A stretch of DNA of 36,145 nt from Bacillota bacterium (GTDB taxonomy: Bacteria > Bacillota > Desulfotomaculia > Desulfotomaculales > JAJYZD01). Numbering within the stretch: the stretch's first letter is position 1; every line of letters begins with the position of its first letter. Made by a program: the position numbers and the translations under genes. Below, piece after piece: positions 34,138-36,145 of this stretch. Location of the stretch: the NCBI GenBank assembly GCA_021800315.1, contig JAJYZD010000002.1, positions 1 through 36,145 of the forward strand, in the 5' to 3' direction. The notes beneath the pieces are model-generated. The model saw only the letters and a list, made by a program, of their open reading frames with translations, did no database searches and had not been told where the DNA came from.

Positions 34138-34419
34138 GTGGAAGAAGGAGGCAGGCAGGAGCTGGTTCTGACCGACCGCAAGGTGCTCTCACTGGTGGGA
34201 GTGTTGCACGTGGCCAGCTTCGACGACGGCGAAATCGCCTTGGACACGGTGCTGGGCTTTTTGTCCCTGAAGGGGGAGGGCCTGCACATTACCCAGTTGA
34301 ACCTGGAAGAACGCACCCTTACCGCGGAAGGCTATTTCCACGCCGTGGTCTACCGGGAAAACAGGCCAGGCGGCCGCAACGCGCGGGGTCGCGGCGTGTT
34401 GAACCGGCTGTTGAGGTAA
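34138..34419 (+). CDS. yabP: sporulation protein YabP
   Basis: LVLTDRKVLSLVGVLHVASFDDGEIALDTVLGFLSLKGEGLHITQLNLEERTLTAEG matches the YabP pattern. GTG 34138 lies 9 nt after GGGGGAGGG. Confidence 0.85.
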   Translation: MEEGGRQELVLTDRKVLSLVGVLHVASFDDGEIALDTVLGFLSLKGEGLHITQLNLEERTLTAEGYFHAVVYRENRPGGRNARGRGVLNRLLR

Positions 34420-34443
34420 AGGGCGCCTGGCGAAGAAGGAGAA

Positions 34444-35001
34444 ATGGACTTCATGCTTGTCGAGGGACAGGGAAAGGTTTTCCTGGCCATCCTGGCCATC
34501 GGCGGCCTGGCCGGTTTCCTGTACGACGTGTACAGGGTGATCCGGCTGCGGGGGCCGGCGCTTCGCGGCCCGGGCGCCGCCCTGGCCGACCTGGTGTTTT
34601 CGGGCGTGGCGGCGGTGGTGGTCTTTCTGCTGCTGGTAAAGGCCAATCACGGGGAGTTGCGCCTCTACGTTCTGCTCGGGCTCCTTGCGGGGGCACTTCT
34701 GTATTCGGGACTCGTGAGCAGGTTTGCTTTTCGTCTGGTGGACTTTGTACTCCATTTGGCCAGCAAACTGGAAAATCTGTTTTTTGTTTTGCTGGGATCT
34801 TTGCTCCGGGCGCTTTTGTTTCCGTTGCGCAAGACCCTCGTTATCATATGGTGGCCTCTTAAACTCTCTTATTCCGGAAGCAGATACGCCGGTCACGCTA
34901 CTATGGCGGAAATGAAGCGAAGGGGCGCCGGCTGTCTGTCCTCTTGCAGGGTGAGGATGGGTAACTGGAAACATCTTATCGGTCGCAACAGGAGGGATTA
35001 G
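34444..35001 (+). CDS. yabQ: spore cortex biosynthesis membrane protein YabQ
   Basis: It lies immediately after yabP and has several TM helices (FLAILAIGGLAGFLYDVYRVIR..., FSGVAAVVVFLLLVKANHGELRLYVLLGLLAG), typical of YabQ. Confidence 0.8.
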   Translation: MDFMLVEGQGKVFLAILAIGGLAGFLYDVYRVIRLRGPALRGPGAALADLVFSGVAAVVVFLLLVKANHGELRLYVLLGLLAGALLYSGLVSRFAFRLVDFVLHLASKLENLFFVLLGSLLRALLFPLRKTLVIIWWPLKLSYSGSRYAGHATMAEMKRRGAGCLSSCRVRMGNWKHLIGRNRRD

Positions 35002-35194
35002 CCGGCTAATCAAAGGATCGATTTTCGGAAAAAGCCCTTGACAGACCGCTGGATAACTGGCAATATGGAATGTAACACCGGTATTACCCTTAGACGTGGC
35101 TCCCGGTTGCCGGCCGGTTGCAGTGCGACCTCCGGTACGTCCGGTTGGGTATGACGGTTATGTGGCCGGTTCCGGCGGAAGGAAGGAGTTGCCA

Positions 35195-35539
35195 GTGACA
35201 CGCTACGGGTCAAGGGGCCGGTCGAATAATGAGCGTAACAGCGGTGTCCGGCGCTTTTCGGCGGGCCGGTTGCCCGTTCTGTTTACGGCGGCCGTGGTGG
35301 GCTATCTCCTTTTTTCCTTGAGTGGGCAGTTTTTTCAATTGTCCAGGATGGAATCGCAGGTCAGGGGAATGCAACAGCAGGTAAAGACTTTGCAGGCCAA
35401 AAACCAGTCCCTCCAGAACGAATTGAAGAATATCAAGTCCGATGCCTACATAGAACAAGTTGCCAGGCAAAGACTGGGTTTGGTAAAACCGGGGGAATAC
35501 CCGGTCCGCTCCGTTACGAAAGGTGTCCAACACCCCTAA
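35195..35539 (+). CDS. divIC: septum formation initiator (DivIC/FtsB family)
   Basis: One TM helix, a coiled coil (QVRGMQQQVKTLQAKNQSLQNELKNIKSD) and the YIEQVARQRLGLVKPGE signature. GTG 35195 lies 6 nt after GGAAGGAAGGAG. Confidence 0.85.
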   Translation: MTRYGSRGRSNNERNSGVRRFSAGRLPVLFTAAVVGYLLFSLSGQFFQLSRMESQVRGMQQQVKTLQAKNQSLQNELKNIKSDAYIEQVARQRLGLVKPGEYPVRSVTKGVQHP

Positions 35540-35565
35540 CCGGGCTTTTGGGGCAAAGATGTTTA

Positions 35566-35595
35566 TTGACATTCGCGACCCCTCCCTAATATAAT
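35566..35595 (+). promoter_or_regulatory. sigma-A-type promoter for yabR
   Basis: TTGACA (35566-35571), 18 nt, then TATAAT (35590-35595). Confidence 0.5.
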
Positions 35596-35642
35596 GGGGG
35601 AGACGGGGCCTTTTGCGTGTTTAAGGAGGAATTTCCTGGTTT

Positions 35643-36026
35643 ATGCCGCTGCAGGTGGGGAGCGTTCTGGACGGGGTGGTAACCGCGGTTACCAATTTCG
35701 GCGCCTTTGTGGAGTTGCCCGGCGGTGTTACCGGCCTCGTGCACATTTCCGAGATAGCGGAAAGCTACGTGCGGGATGTCCGGGATTTCCTGAAGGCCAA
35801 CGACCGCGTGCGGGTCAAGGTGATATCGGTGGATCCGAAGGGAAAGATCGGCCTGTCCATCAGGCAGGCGGTATCTCCCGGACCGGGCGGGGGGCGGAGG
35901 CGGCCCTCGCCGAACTTTGAAGACCGTCTGGCCCGCTTCATCAAGGAAAGCGATGAACATCAGCAGGTCCTGCGGCGGAATACCGACGCCAAAAGAGGCG
36001 GCAGGGGAACCCGCCGGGGTCCCTGA
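35643..36026 (+). CDS. yabR: S1-domain RNA-binding protein YabR
   Basis: VGSVLDGVVTAVTNFGAFVELPGGVTGLVHISEIAESYVRDVRDFLKANDRVRVKVISVDPKGKIGLSIRQA is an S1 OB fold, followed by a basic tail. Confidence 0.9.
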   Translation: MPLQVGSVLDGVVTAVTNFGAFVELPGGVTGLVHISEIAESYVRDVRDFLKANDRVRVKVISVDPKGKIGLSIRQAVSPGPGGGRRRPSPNFEDRLARFIKESDEHQQVLRRNTDAKRGGRGTRRGP

Positions 36027-36038
36027 GTTCGTCTGTAC

Positions 36039-36068
36039 CAGCCTGCCAGGGCAGGCTTATTTTTGTTT
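36039..36068 (+). terminator. intrinsic terminator after yabR
   Basis: AGCCTGC cagg GCAGGCT followed by TATTTTTGTTTG. Confidence 0.65.
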
Positions 36069-36145
36069 GTCACTGACCCCGGTGTTCGGCGAACCGCACG
36101 GTTAAGGTGGGAAAAAAGCCTGAAGTTTGGGCCACGCCCTTTTTT

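Overview
High-GC (roughly 60-65% by eye) segment from a spore-forming Firmicute, probably a Clostridia/Peptococcaceae-like anaerobe (inference from gene content and order). The backbone is the conserved sporulation/housekeeping locus known from Bacillus subtilis: ispE ... spoVG-glmU-prs-pth-mfd-spoVT-(pspA)-mazG/yabN-hup-yabO ... spoIIE(inverted)-yabP-yabQ-divIC-yabR. Two accessory blocks interrupt it. Block 1 (about 3.4-13.6 kb) holds a GntR regulator, an NTP-transferase, a MurE-like ligase, threonine dehydratase, an APC permease behind a structured leader with terminator, a PP2C phosphatase with a YabT-like Ser/Thr kinase, and a BASS transporter. Block 2 (about 24.7-31.5 kb) lies between yabO and yabP and is sulfur-themed. 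It contains a translationally coupled APS kinase-sulfotransferase pair on the minus strand and a 1.15-kb ORF-poor region. It also contains a clearly lower-GC tusA-dsrE-nifS-iscU cluster whose IscU carries a C-terminal degenerate thioredoxin-reductase-like domain. The block ends with a rubredoxin-like micro-ORF, an orphan membrane-anchored protein and a 0.5-kb ORF-poor region with hairpins. No CRISPR array, rRNA, tRNA, transposase or integrase was recognised. Block 2 and its two unexplained non-coding stretches are the best candidates for something undescribed. All functional calls rest on motif recognition by eye, not on database searches. Many long ORFs in the track are antisense artefacts of the high GC content.
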